Translations under genes and position numbers: made by a program
Notes under the pieces: model-generated
What the model was told of the DNA's origin: nothing
The model's input: only the letters and a program-made list of their open reading frames with translations
Databases searched by the model: none
Assembly: GCA_964515675.1 (NCBI GenBank)
Contig: CAZEVV010000001.1
Location: 1 to 56,284 of the forward strand
Reading direction: 5' to 3'
Source of the DNA: an uncultured Paludibacter sp.
Lineage (GTDB): Bacteria > Bacteroidota > Bacteroidia > Bacteroidales > Paludibacteraceae
DNA: 56,284 bases
Shown here: positions 19,747-30,111 of the stretch, one piece after another
How the letters are laid out: the number at the start of each line of letters is the position of its first letter
Position numbering within the stretch: the first letter of the stretch is position 1

Positions 19747-20980
19747 AAATACACTAAATTCATACGCTAAAGTAATCGAGAATTACTTTTTCATGACTAC
19801 ATTACAAGTAATTAGTACTTTGTTTGGTATATTAATATATCCCTATGTAATACGTATGCTTGGAGCCGAAAGTTATGGTATTTACGTATTTGCATTGTCA
19901 ATCACGAGCTATTTCATTAGTTTTATTACTTTTGGATTCAATTATCCAGCCATGAAATCGATTGTTGATAATAAAGACGATATTGAGAAAAAAAGTCTTA
20001 TTGTATCTTCTGTTTTTACTGCAAAAATATATCTTTCGGTTATTGCTAGTTTAATTTTTGCAATATTAATTCTGACTATTCCTATTCTCAACCAAAACAA
20101 ATTCATTTTTATAGTTGTATACCTGCAAATTATTTGTGACATTATATACCCTGTTTGGTTTTTCCAGGCAATACAAAAAATGCGAATTGTTACAATTATA
20201 AACCTTATATTTAGAGCTTTAAGCATACCTTTAATTTTTATATTCGTAAAAAATGCTGCCGACAATTTGGTTTTCTCATTAATTGTTACATTAAGTTTAG
20301 TAGGCGCTGCTTTAAGTGCCGCTATTTATATGAACAAGGTAGAGTATATAAATATAAAATTTCAGAAATTTAGAGATATAAAACAATATTTCAAAGATGC
20401 ATATCCTTTTTTTGGAGCAGCTGCAGTTGCAAACATCAAATACGAAAGTGTTACTATCTTAATAGCTTCATTTTTAGGACTAAGAGAGGTAGCATTATAC
20501 GATTTAGCGAATAAAATAATAACAATACCACGTGTTTTTACACAAAGTATCATAGGTTCATTATTTCCAAAAATTGTTGAAGACTTTAATAAAAAAACCA
20601 TTCAAAAAATATTGCGATACGAAGCATTGTTAGGTATAATAATTATTGTTTTAATAATAATATTCGGAAAATGGCTAGTTGTTTTATTTGGAGGTGCTGA
20701 AATGATAGAAGCATATCCCATATTAATTGTGCTGAGCTTTACTATTTTAAGTTGGTTAATTATTGGGTCATACAATAGTTTTTTGTATGTGCCATTAAAA
20801 AAATACAATTTAGTAACTAAAAATCAGTTTTTCTCATTTTTTTCATTCTGTGCTCTATCCATCGTAGCGATTGCTTTTTATAGAAATGTGTTATTCATTA
20901 CTTTAGCATTTGCGTTGTCGAGCATAAGTGAAGTGTTTTACAGCCGTTTTTTAATATATAAGCATAAACTGCTTAAATAA
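19727..20980 (+). CDS. wzx: Wzx-type oligosaccharide flippase
   Basis: About 12 TM segments; PYVIRMLGAESYG and PVWFFQAIQKM. Confidence 0.85.
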   Translation: MIKERIKNTLNSYAKVIENYFFMTTLQVISTLFGILIYPYVIRMLGAESYGIYVFALSITSYFISFITFGFNYPAMKSIVDNKDDIEKKSLIVSSVFTAKIYLSVIASLIFAILILTIPILNQNKFIFIVVYLQIICDIIYPVWFFQAIQKMRIVTIINLIFRALSIPLIFIFVKNAADNLVFSLIVTLSLVGAALSAAIYMNKVEYINIKFQKFRDIKQYFKDAYPFFGAAAVANIKYESVTILIASFLGLREVALYDLANKIITIPRVFTQSIIGSLFPKIVEDFNKKTIQKILRYEALLGIIIIVLIIIFGKWLVVLFGGAEMIEAYPILIVLSFTILSWLIIGSYNSFLYVPLKKYNLVTKNQFFSFFSFCALSIVAIAFYRNVLFITLAFALSSISEVFYSRFLIYKHKLLK

Positions 20981-21197
20981 ACTCAATAATTTGCGATTTA
21001 ATTATGCATTTATAAAATGGATAATGTATCAATAATTTGAAAAACAGTATTGTAGGATATTGAATTAATTTCAATAATTTGAAAGAATTGAAATTTGTCA
21101 ACTTTCTGCATAAATATCGCAATCATCTCATTATCAGCACGAATAAAAAAGTTTTAAAAAAAAACATTATTTAGTTGATAATGAAGAATAATTTAAG

Positions 21198-21205
21198 TAA
21201 TTTTG
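21198..21205 (+). promoter_or_regulatory. -7 promoter element for the mce-mmd operon
   Basis: TAATTTTG about 110 nt upstream of mce. Confidence 0.55.
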
Positions 21206-21312
21206 CAGCAAAATCATCAATTACAGAAAAATTTCTTTAATTGGAGGTTATTTTAATGAAGAAAAAAAAATAAAATAGAATAATAAATTATTTAAAACAA
21301 CAATTTTTTATC

Positions 21313-21723
21313 ATGAATTTGACTCATATTGAACACCTTGGTATTGCAGTTAAGAGTTTAGAAACAGCAATTCCGTATTACGAAAACGTTTTAGGTTTAA
21401 AATGTTATGCTATCGAAGAAGTTGCCGAGCAAAAAGTAAAAACAGCATTCTTCAAAGTTGGTCAAACAAAAATCGAACTTCTCGAGTCGACTGATCCTGA
21501 GGGACCAGTAGGAAAATTTATCGAGAAAAAAGGCGAAGGTGTTCATCACATAGCATTTGCGGTTGAAGGATTGCAAGAAACATTAGATTTGGTTGCCGAA
21601 AGAGGTGTAACACTTATCGACAAAGCACCACGCAAAGGCGCCGAAGGATTGAACATTGCGTTTTTACATCCAAAATCGACATTTGGTGTACTTACCGAAC
21701 TTTGCGAAGATCCAAACAAATAA
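21313..21723 (+). CDS. mce: Methylmalonyl-CoA epimerase
   Basis: HIEHLGIAV, KIELLE, GEGVHHIAF, LHPKSTFGVLTEL; operon context. Confidence 0.95.
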   Translation: MNLTHIEHLGIAVKSLETAIPYYENVLGLKCYAIEEVAEQKVKTAFFKVGQTKIELLESTDPEGPVGKFIEKKGEGVHHIAFAVEGLQETLDLVAERGVTLIDKAPRKGAEGLNIAFLHPKSTFGVLTELCEDPNK

Positions 21724-21761
21724 TTTCAAACAAAAAGTGTAAGAATTAAAACACGAAATAA

Positions 21762-23321
21762 ATGAAAAATCAAGAAAAAGTAAAAAATCTTATCGATTTG
21801 CGCGTTCAAGCCAAATTGGGAGGTGGTGAAAAGCGCATTGCTTCACAACATGCTAAAGGCAAATATACAGCCCGTGAGCGCATCGACATGCTCCTCGACG
21901 AAGGTAGTTTCGAAGAGCTCGATATGTTTGTAACACACCGTTGTAATAACTTTGGCCTCGAGAAAGAGAAATATCTTGGCGACGGTGTTGTAACCGGTCA
22001 TGGTACAATCGATGGTCGTTCGGTGTATGTTTTTGCGCAAGACTTTACCGTTTTTGGTGGTTCGCTATCCGAAACAATGGCATTAAAAATTTGCAAAGTA
22101 ATGGATATGGCCATGAAAATGGGTTGCCCAGTAATTGGTATCAACGATTCGGGTGGTGCACGTATCCAAGAGGGTGTTACTTCGTTGGCTGGATACGCCG
22201 AAATTTTCGAACGCAACATTCTCGCTTCAGGTGTTATTCCTCAAATTTCGGCCATTTTTGGCCCATGTGCTGGTGGTGCAGTTTACTCGCCTGCCCTCAC
22301 CGACTTTGTGTTAATGACTGAGCAAAACTCATATATGTTTGTAACTGGACCAAAAGTTGTAAAATCGGTTACAGGCGAAGATATTACTACCGAAGATTTG
22401 GGTGGTGCTAATGTTCACGCCGGAAAATCGGGTGTTTCGCACTTTAAAGCCGAGTCGGAAGAAGAAGGTATTATGATTATTCGTAAATTACTTTCGTTCT
22501 TACCACAAAACAATCTCGAGGAAGCTCCGCTTTTCGATTGCAAAGATCCTATCGATCGATTGGAAGACTCGTTGAATGCAATGATTCCTGACAATCCGAA
22601 CTTGCCATACGACATGAAAAACGTTATTCACGCAATTGTTGATAACGAAGAATTCCTCGAAATTCACCGTCATTATGCTCGTAATATTATTGTTGGTTTC
22701 GCACGTTTCAACGGTGTTTCAACAGGTATTATTGCCAATCAGCCTAACTTCTTGGCAGGTGTATTGGATTGCGATTCGTCGCGCAAGGCAGCTCGCTTTG
22801 TTCGTTTTTGCGATGCTTTCAATATTCCAATTCTTACTTTGGTTGATGTACCAGGTTTCTTGCCAGGTTCGGGTCAAGAATATGCAGGTATCATTACGCA
22901 TGGTGCTAAATTAATGTTTGCTTATGGCGAAGCTACTGTGCCAAAAGTAACTGTTACATTGCGCAAATCGTATGGTGGTGCACACGATGTAATGAGCTGT
23001 AAACAATTGCGTGGCGACTTTAACTACGCATGGCCAACAGCCGAAATTGCTGTTATGGGTGCTGCTGGTGCTATCGAAGTTCTCGAAGGTCGTGCCATTG
23101 CTGCAATTGCCGATCCACAAGAGAGAGCTGCATTTATTGCCGAAAAAGTGGAAGAATACAACGAGAAGTTTGCAAATCCTTATCAAGCAGCTGCTTATGG
23201 CTATATTGATGATGTAATTGAACCACGCAACACGCGCTTCCGTGTGATACGTGCATTCGAAGCGCTTCAAACTAAAAAATTGGTTAATCCATTGAAAAAA
23301 CATTGTAACATCCCATTGTAA
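21762..23321 (+). CDS. mmdA: Methylmalonyl-CoA decarboxylase alpha subunit (carboxyltransferase)
   Basis: [49 protein letters not shown]. Confidence 0.93.
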   Translation: MKNQEKVKNLIDLRVQAKLGGGEKRIASQHAKGKYTARERIDMLLDEGSFEELDMFVTHRCNNFGLEKEKYLGDGVVTGHGTIDGRSVYVFAQDFTVFGGSLSETMALKICKVMDMAMKMGCPVIGINDSGGARIQEGVTSLAGYAEIFERNILASGVIPQISAIFGPCAGGAVYSPALTDFVLMTEQNSYMFVTGPKVVKSVTGEDITTEDLGGANVHAGKSGVSHFKAESEEEGIMIIRKLLSFLPQNNLEEAPLFDCKDPIDRLEDSLNAMIPDNPNLPYDMKNVIHAIVDNEEFLEIHRHYARNIIVGFARFNGVSTGIIANQPNFLAGVLDCDSSRKAARFVRFCDAFNIPILTLVDVPGFLPGSGQEYAGIITHGAKLMFAYGEATVPKVTVTLRKSYGGAHDVMSCKQLRGDFNYAWPTAEIAVMGAAGAIEVLEGRAIAAIADPQERAAFIAEKVEEYNEKFANPYQAAAYGYIDDVIEPRNTRFRVIRAFEALQTKKLVNPLKKHCNIPL

Positions 23322-23326
23322 AAAAT

Positions 23327-23674
23327 ATGACAGCACTAAATATTACAAACTGGACCGAACTTTTAACAGGTTCGGCAGTAGGAATAACTGTTGTATTCAT
23401 TGTTTTAACAGTAGTTTTCTTATTTTTCTTAGGCTTACAACGTTTCATGCTCAACAATAGCAAGAAAAAAATGGTAAAAGCCGGAAAAAAAGAAGAAGAA
23501 ATTGTACAAGTAGCTGCAAACGAAGTAGCTGCTATTTCAATGGCTTTGCATCTATTGTTCAACGATGAGCACGATGAAGAAAGTAATATCATTACTATCA
23601 AACGTATTCAACGTCGTTATTCTCCTTGGAATTCAAAAATATATGGATTAAATAATAATATACATAGAAGATGA
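23327..23674 (+). CDS. mmdD: OadG-family membrane subunit of a Na+-translocating decarboxylase
   Basis: Single N-terminal TM helix (GITVVFIVL), VAAISMAL, SPW; operon position. Confidence 0.8.
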   Translation: MTALNITNWTELLTGSAVGITVVFIVLTVVFLFFLGLQRFMLNNSKKKMVKAGKKEEEIVQVAANEVAAISMALHLLFNDEHDEESNIITIKRIQRRYSPWNSKIYGLNNNIHRR

Positions 23675-24114
23675 AAAAATTTGATTTTAATATAAATGGC
23701 GACGACTATCATGTACACATCAAAAAAGTTGAAGATGGTGTTGCCGAATTAGAAGTGAATGGTACGCCTTACTCGGTAAAAATTAAGCAAACCGAGAAAA
23801 TGGTGTCGAAAACTCCTACACTTACTCGCAAAGAAGTGCCCAATAAACCTGGTCAAGGTGCCGAAAAGCTTCAACCCGTTGCACCAACATCGCGTCCAAG
23901 TGCAAAAAGTATCAAATCGCCACTACCTGGCAATGTGCTTAAAGTGCTTGTAAACGAAGGCGATGAGTTTAAAGATGGTGATGTGCTAATGGTAATGGAG
24001 TCGATGAAAATGGAAAACAATATTTTGGCCGAAAGCAATGGCCGTATTGTCAAAATCAACGCTCCAGCAGGAAAAGCAGTGCTTCAAGATGAAGTGTTGT
24101 TTGAAATTGAATAA
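23671..24114 (+). CDS. mmdC: Biotin carboxyl carrier subunit
   Basis: SPLPG...ESMKMEN biotinylation motif. Confidence 0.9.
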   Translation: MKKFDFNINGDDYHVHIKKVEDGVAELEVNGTPYSVKIKQTEKMVSKTPTLTRKEVPNKPGQGAEKLQPVAPTSRPSAKSIKSPLPGNVLKVLVNEGDEFKDGDVLMVMESMKMENNILAESNGRIVKINAPAGKAVLQDEVLFEIE

Positions 24115-24131
24115 CACTTAAAGAAAATATA

Positions 24132-25364
24132 ATGAAAGACTTAAAATATAAATTGGGGTTGCTATTTATATTATTAGGATTGTTTCTTCCGTTTCAGCTG
24201 TTCGCAGCTGGATCGGGAGATTCTTCCCTTATTATGGATAGTTTGCAAAAGTTTTGGTCGGGTACCAGCTTTGCAAATTTCGAATTTAAATACCTAATAA
24301 TGATTGCTATAGGTATTATTTTTATTTATTTAGGAATTGCTAAAAATTGGGAACCTTTGTTATTAATACCTATTGGCTTTGGTATTTTAGTGGGCAATAT
24401 ACCCTTTGCCGAAGGTAACAAAATTGGTATTTACGAAGAAGGTTCTGTATTAAATATATTGTATAGTGGTGTAGTTTCGGGTTGGTATCCTCCGCTTATC
24501 TTTTTAGGCATTGGTGCAATGACCGATTTCTCATCGCTTATATCAAATCCAAAATTAATGCTTCTTGGGGCTGCTGCTCAAATTGGTATTTTTGTTACTT
24601 TTATTGGTGCTTATGCATTAGATTTTACACCCGAGCAATCAGGTGCTATTGCAATTATTGGTGGTGCCGATGGACCAACTGCCATTTTCCTCTCGGCAAA
24701 ATTGGCGCCCGAACTTATGGGTGCAATTGCTGTGGCTGCTTATTCGTATATGGCGCTTGTGCCTGTAATACAACCACCTATAATGCGATTGCTCACCAAT
24801 AGCAAAGAAAGAGTAATACGCATGAAACCTCCTCGTCAGGTTACAAAATTGGAGAAAATTATTTTCCCAATTGTAGGTTTATTACTCACAACATTTATAT
24901 CGCCTAGCGCCTTACCGCTTTTGGGTATGTTGTTTTTTGGTAATTTACTCAAAGAGTCGGGCGTTACCGAACGCTTGGCCGAAACAGCTCGTTTTGCGCT
25001 CATCAATACAATAACCATTTTATTGGGCTTAACCGTTGGTGCATCAACACAAGCTGACAGATTTTTGACAGTAAATTCGATGAAGATATTTGCTCTTGGT
25101 GCATTCTCGTTCGTTATTGCAACGGCTTGTGGTGTATTATTTGCCAAATTAATGAATATGTTTTTGAGTGATACTAACAAAATCAATCCACTCATTGGAT
25201 CGGCAGGCGTTTCGGCTGTGCCCGATGCTGCACGTGTTTCGCAAGAGGTTGGTTTGCATTACGATAAAAATAACCACTTGCTAATGCACGCTATGGCGCC
25301 CAATGTTTCGGGTGTTATTGGTTCGGCTGTTGCAGCGGGTATTTTGCTTAGTTTGCTCACATAA
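24132..25364 (+). CDS. mmdB: Na+-translocating decarboxylase beta subunit
   Basis: EPLLLIPIGFG, PPLIFLGIGAMTDF, IIGGADGPT, AYSYMALVP, GVSAVP. Confidence 0.95.
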   Translation: MKDLKYKLGLLFILLGLFLPFQLFAAGSGDSSLIMDSLQKFWSGTSFANFEFKYLIMIAIGIIFIYLGIAKNWEPLLLIPIGFGILVGNIPFAEGNKIGIYEEGSVLNILYSGVVSGWYPPLIFLGIGAMTDFSSLISNPKLMLLGAAAQIGIFVTFIGAYALDFTPEQSGAIAIIGGADGPTAIFLSAKLAPELMGAIAVAAYSYMALVPVIQPPIMRLLTNSKERVIRMKPPRQVTKLEKIIFPIVGLLLTTFISPSALPLLGMLFFGNLLKESGVTERLAETARFALINTITILLGLTVGASTQADRFLTVNSMKIFALGAFSFVIATACGVLFAKLMNMFLSDTNKINPLIGSAGVSAVPDAARVSQEVGLHYDKNNHLLMHAMAPNVSGVIGSAVAAGILLSLLT

Positions 25365-25380
25365 AATACATATTTAAGTT

Positions 25381-25415
25381 AAAAAAATCCAGGATTTATA
25401 ATTCTGGATTTTTTT
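25381..25415 (+). terminator. Terminator of the mmd operon
   Basis: AAAAAAATCCAG...CTGGATTTTTTT. Confidence 0.8.
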
Positions 25416-25517
25416 ATGAAAAAATTACCGAATAAATTGTCAAACTATTGTTTAATTGACATATTTTTATAATCTTTGCAGCAAATTGAAAAATTATAAA
25501 TTTAAACACCTTGATAC

Positions 25518-27995
25518 ATGCAAAACGAATCTTTGTACTATCAGTATGCCCGTGATTTTGCCTTAAAAACAAACCGTAGCATTTTTGTAACAGGTAAAGC
25601 AGGAACCGGTAAAACTACCTTCCTTCACAAATTAAAAACCGACACAGCAAAGCAAACAGCCATTGTTGCTCCTACAGGTATTGCCGCCATAAATGCTGGC
25701 GGTACAACAATTCACTCATTCTTTCAGCTACCATTTAGTCCGTTCATTCCTACAATCGATGGACGTAAACAGTTGATTGAAAAAATAAAAATGCAAGGAA
25801 CACGCCGTCGCGTACTACAAGAGCTCGAACTTTTGGTGATCGACGAAATTAGTATGGTTCGTGCCGATGTGCTCGATGCCATTGACACTATACTCCGAAA
25901 TGTGCGCTATCGTTATCGGGAGCCTTTTGGTGGTGTGCAGCTAATTTTTATTGGCGATATGTTTCAGCTTTCGCCTGTTGCTTCGAACGAAGAATGGCAA
26001 ATACTGAGCAAGTACTACGAAAGTCAATATTTTTTTCATAGCCATGTAACTAAAGAGCAGCAACCGCTTTACATTGAGTTCGACAAAATTTTTCGTCAAA
26101 CCAATGCCGACTTTATTTCTGTTCTCAACGAAGTGCGCAATAATCGCTTGTCCGACAATGGATTAAGGCTTTTGCAAAGCCGTTATAATCCAAGTTTTCA
26201 GCCTACAAAAAACGATGGATACATTATATTAACAACACATAATTATAAAGCTGATAAAATAAATAACGATGAATTAGCATCGATAAAAGAAAAAACCTAT
26301 GCTTTCGAAGCAAAAATCGAAGGCGATTTTCCCGAAAAAGCATATCCTACCGAAAAACAACTGACTTTAAAAGTTGGCGCAAAAGTAATGTTTATTAAAA
26401 ACGATACCGAGCAACCTCGTCGATTTTTTAATGGTAAAATTGGTGTTATCGAGAGTATTAGCGATAAAAACATCACAATAATTGCCACCGACGATCAGTC
26501 GAAAATTGTGATAGAGCCCATGTTGTGGGAAAATGTAAAATATACTGCCGACGAAAAAACTAAAAAACTAAACGAAGAAATTGTCGGTCGGTTCATACAA
26601 TATCCTTTGCGTTTGGCATGGGCCATTACCATACATAAAAGTCAGGGACTTACGTTCGATAAAACAGTGATTGATGCTGGCGAAGCTTTTGCGCCCGGAC
26701 AAGTTTATGTGGCTCTAAGCAGATGCCGCAGCCTCGAAGGTATTGTATTGTGGAGTCAAATTAATCCTTACAGCATATCAAACGACAAAGAAATTGTAAA
26801 TTACGAACATAATAAAGCCGATTCGCTATTTTTAGAGCAACAACTATTGCAATCGAAAAACGAATTTCGACTATTTGTTCTTGAGCAATTGTTCGATTTT
26901 AAAGTAATAATTGCATATATTTCGAGATTAATAAGGGATTTCGAATCGGTTAAAAGCTCGTTTAATAGCGATACGGAAGGTTTTTTGCAGAATATTCTTC
27001 GACAAACACAAGATTTAAGTACTGTAGCAGATAAATTTCATGGACAATTAATAAATATTTTTCAAGATAAAAATTTCAACGAAGATTATTTAACTCAAAG
27101 GTTAGTGGCTGCTTTCGATTTTTTTAAACCAAAAATAAAAAATCTTGTTGATACAATTTTGCAATCGCCAGCCAAAACCGACAGTAGAAATAATGCAAAA
27201 GACTATAACGAACAGTTACAAACATTTTTTAGTTTTACATATCAAAAATTCCATATTATGGATAAATTATCTATGCCTTTCGACATAGATCAGTTTTTTG
27301 TTGTAAAAAATACGCTCCTCCTACCCGATTTTAATGTAAACTCTTATAATAAAGAGAATTACACACCAAACACCAATGTGAGAAACAAGGACTTATTGTT
27401 TGAGCTTATAGCCATTCGCAACAATATTTCCGACCTTCACAACCTACCAATTTACTTAGTTGCAGGTAGTAAAACGCTCAACGAAATGGCCGAAAACTTA
27501 CCGCAAACCGAAAGTCAATTGCTCAAGATAAATGGATTTGGCAAAGTAAAAGTTGCACAATTTGGACAACAATTTTTGGACGCAATTAATAAGTATTGCG
27601 AAAAAAATAATTTATCAACTAATATTGATTATTTTAGTTCGGCAAAAAAAGAAAAAATTGCCGAAAAGAAAGAGAAGAAAGAAAAGGGAGATACATATCG
27701 TTTAACATACGAACTTTATAAAAAAGGAAAGTCGATTGAAGAAATTGCTACCGAAAGAAGTTTGGCAACATCAACCATTGCAGGACATCTACTAAAGTAT
27801 ATTGCAAATGGCGAACTCGAAATGAGCGAATTTATATCGCTTAAAAAATGTGAGCAAGCATATGCCCTTTTCAAACAAAATACCGACACGGGTTCGGTAT
27901 ATCAAATGCTTGAAAAAACACTCGAGAAGCACGAAATTCCTTTTTTCCTAGCGTGGAAACGCGGATTAAGCGAAAATCAATCTCGTGACTTTTAA
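25518..27995 (+). CDS. Pif1/RecD-like SF1B helicase with C-terminal HRDC and HTH domains
   Basis: GKAGTGKT, APTGIAA, IDEISM, GDMFQLSPV, AWAITIHKSQG, YVALSR; HRDC (LLKINGFGKVK..FGQQFL); HTH (SIEEIATERSLATSTI). Confidence 0.9.
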   Translation: MQNESLYYQYARDFALKTNRSIFVTGKAGTGKTTFLHKLKTDTAKQTAIVAPTGIAAINAGGTTIHSFFQLPFSPFIPTIDGRKQLIEKIKMQGTRRRVLQELELLVIDEISMVRADVLDAIDTILRNVRYRYREPFGGVQLIFIGDMFQLSPVASNEEWQILSKYYESQYFFHSHVTKEQQPLYIEFDKIFRQTNADFISVLNEVRNNRLSDNGLRLLQSRYNPSFQPTKNDGYIILTTHNYKADKINNDELASIKEKTYAFEAKIEGDFPEKAYPTEKQLTLKVGAKVMFIKNDTEQPRRFFNGKIGVIESISDKNITIIATDDQSKIVIEPMLWENVKYTADEKTKKLNEEIVGRFIQYPLRLAWAITIHKSQGLTFDKTVIDAGEAFAPGQVYVALSRCRSLEGIVLWSQINPYSISNDKEIVNYEHNKADSLFLEQQLLQSKNEFRLFVLEQLFDFKVIIAYISRLIRDFESVKSSFNSDTEGFLQNILRQTQDLSTVADKFHGQLINIFQDKNFNEDYLTQRLVAAFDFFKPKIKNLVDTILQSPAKTDSRNNAKDYNEQLQTFFSFTYQKFHIMDKLSMPFDIDQFFVVKNTLLLPDFNVNSYNKENYTPNTNVRNKDLLFELIAIRNNISDLHNLPIYLVAGSKTLNEMAENLPQTESQLLKINGFGKVKVAQFGQQFLDAINKYCEKNNLSTNIDYFSSAKKEKIAEKKEKKEKGDTYRLTYELYKKGKSIEEIATERSLATSTIAGHLLKYIANGELEMSEFISLKKCEQAYALFKQNTDTGSVYQMLEKTLEKHEIPFFLAWKRGLSENQSRDF

Positions 27996-28011
27996 AAAAG
28001 TATTCAATATC

Positions 28012-28695
28012 TTATTTCTTTGACTTCTGTGTGCGAGCTATAACTGCTTTTAGTTGTAGCTCGCGCAATGCATCGCTCGCTATCCATCGTGCCGATGCGC
28101 TGGGATGTGATTTTATGCTTTCGGCGAGCGCAATAGCTTGTAATCGAAGTGTTTCGTTGCGTTTTCCTATTTGTCTTAATGCCCAATTCACAGCTTTTTT
28201 TACAAAATTTCGTTCGTCATAAGCCTCATTTTCAATCATTTCGAAAAATGGATAAAAAAATGCATCATCGTTCTTAGGGTAAATAAAAGCCAATTTGCAC
28301 ATCAACACAAAAGCAGTTCGTTTTACAAATTCGTGTTCCGATGCAACGAATTTATGTATCATTGTTAAGCAATAAGGTGTTTTTGCCAATTGATCGCATG
28401 CAATATCGCACAAATCCCACGAATTAAAATCGGCTACCCACTGCTCGGCCTGTTCTGGGTCAAATGTTTTAGGGTCGATAATGATAGAAGCCAATAAACG
28501 CGCCTCGTGAACATTGGTTTTCCACAAATCAGAAGCAATTATATTGTTGTTTTTTAATGCTTTAGCAATTAATCGTATTTTGGGGATGCTCACACCAATG
28601 GCAGTTTCGGTGTTAATACCAAAGCGTTTCATTTTTTGAAGATGATCGGGCGACGATTGAGCATTTAGTTGCTCCAAAATTGCAATTGTATTCAT
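28012..28695 (-). CDS. AlkD-like DNA alkylation repair protein (HEAT repeats)
   Basis: HEARLLA, FNSWDLCD, EFVKR, NFVKKAVNWALRQIGKRN. Confidence 0.88.
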   Translation of the reverse strand: MNTIAILEQLNAQSSPDHLQKMKRFGINTETAIGVSIPKIRLIAKALKNNNIIASDLWKTNVHEARLLASIIIDPKTFDPEQAEQWVADFNSWDLCDIACDQLAKTPYCLTMIHKFVASEHEFVKRTAFVLMCKLAFIYPKNDDAFFYPFFEMIENEAYDERNFVKKAVNWALRQIGKRNETLRLQAIALAESIKSHPSASARWIASDALRELQLKAVIARTQKSKK

Positions 28696-28761
28696 AATTT
28701 TTTAAAAGTGTAATATTTTTCCCTTTTCCCTCATTACTTTGAGATAAAAAACTGAAGTAAA

Positions 28762-28855
28762 GCCCCCACCTAAACTGGTTCAACTGTGCTTTCGACTGCT
28801 TTACGTTCGAAGTTATGACGCCGAAGTCATAGATTGAAGCCTATAGGGGAATTTA
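28762..28855. repeat. REP-like element apparently split by a nested palindromic insert
   Basis: GCCCCCACC + about 70 bp (containing TTCGACTG and a TATGAC..GTCATA hairpin) + CCTATAGGGGAATTT; the ends resemble the 7287 and 53259 elements. Confidence 0.5.
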
Positions 28856-28949
28856 AATGGGGAATTGATAATGTGTTGATTAATGATATTTGATTTAAAG
28901 CAATTGTGTTTTTTTCTGTTTAAAATTCTTCATTAAAAAGCCAAATAAT

Positions 28950-30095
28950 TCACTTCTTCGTTTCCATCATTTGCACATTGGCCAAACGTTTAACTGTTTC
29001 GTTGTGAAAAAACATAAGTTGTGTACTATCAGCTTTCGAAATTTTAAACTTATCATTATTAGCAATATAGTTGTCAGTTGGAATGAGATGATATTGATAT
29101 TTTGCATTTAAGATGCCTTTGTGTACATAAACTGGTAAAAATGCGGTAGATACTATTTTTTTTGTTTTTGGATTTATTCGCACACTTGCCATTATGCCAC
29201 CATCGGTATGCGGTTTGCGTTGGTTGGATATTGAATTTCCCAATGAATAAAATATTGGCACAGTGTCATTTTGGCTATTCATCATAAAATCGACATTTTG
29301 CACAACATGTGGATGGCTTCCAACAACAAGTCCAATATCGTTACGTACAAAAAATGCTGCAAGTTGTTTTTGCGTATTGTTAGCTTGTAACTGATACTCG
29401 TCGCCCCAATGTATGGTCATTACAATAAAATCGGCACCACGAGCCTTAGCGGTAGCAATATCGCGTTTTATTTCAACAGTATCAATCATGTTTACCAAGT
29501 TAGGCGCAATAACCGGAATGCCATTGGTGCCATAAGTGCAATTAAGCATTGCAATTTTTAGGCCTTTAGCATGCAACATAAGCGGATAAACCGAATCGCG
29601 CTGCGCTTTGTTATAATAACTGCCCGCAAAATGCAAATCATGCTCAATAATTTTATTCAAAGTACGTTCGAGCCCACGTTTCGAGCGATCCATTGTATGG
29701 TTGTTGGCAGTGAGTATTACATTGTAGCCAGCATTTTTAAGTGCTGTTAGCAATGCGTCGGGGCTCGAAAAGTTGGGATACCCACTATATGGAGGGCCAG
29801 CAAGTGTAACTTCGAGGTTAGCAACAGCAAAATCAGCTTTTTTATAATAAGAATTAACTTGTTCAAAACATATATTAAAATCGTATATGCCTTTTGCTTT
29901 GTTGTAAGCAGCATTTATCTGTGGCATGTGCCCCATAATATCGCCCGAAAACACAAGTTCAAGCAAGTCGTCGGGGTTATTATTTGAATTTATTTCAGAA
30001 AATAATACAGTTTGTGCATTCGGACCAATAAGTAAAAAACTACTTAAAAAAGTCCAAACAAAAAACAAAACCATTATTTTCCGAAATAAATGCAT
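28950..30095 (-). CDS. CapA-family (PGA_cap) metallophosphoesterase
   Basis: GDIM, ANLE, ANNH, HWGDEY, GSHPHVVQ, YSLGN; ATG at 30095 precedes a hydrophobic N-terminal segment. Confidence 0.88.
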   Translation of the reverse strand: MHLFRKIMVLFFVWTFLSSFLLIGPNAQTVLFSEINSNNNPDDLLELVFSGDIMGHMPQINAAYNKAKGIYDFNICFEQVNSYYKKADFAVANLEVTLAGPPYSGYPNFSSPDALLTALKNAGYNVILTANNHTMDRSKRGLERTLNKIIEHDLHFAGSYYNKAQRDSVYPLMLHAKGLKIAMLNCTYGTNGIPVIAPNLVNMIDTVEIKRDIATAKARGADFIVMTIHWGDEYQLQANNTQKQLAAFFVRNDIGLVVGSHPHVVQNVDFMMNSQNDTVPIFYSLGNSISNQRKPHTDGGIMASVRINPKTKKIVSTAFLPVYVHKGILNAKYQYHLIPTDNYIANNDKFKISKADSTQLMFFHNETVKRLANVQMMETKK

Positions 30096-30111
30096 AATTA
30101 TTCCAAATAGT

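Noticed and set aside
21313-25364. mce-mmd operon as a novel system
   Set aside because: A well-known Na+-pumping methylmalonyl-CoA decarboxylase of the succinate-propionate pathway
28950-30095. Poly-gamma-glutamate capsule locus
   Set aside because: CapA-family gene alone, with no capB or capC; the family is widespread outside capsule loci
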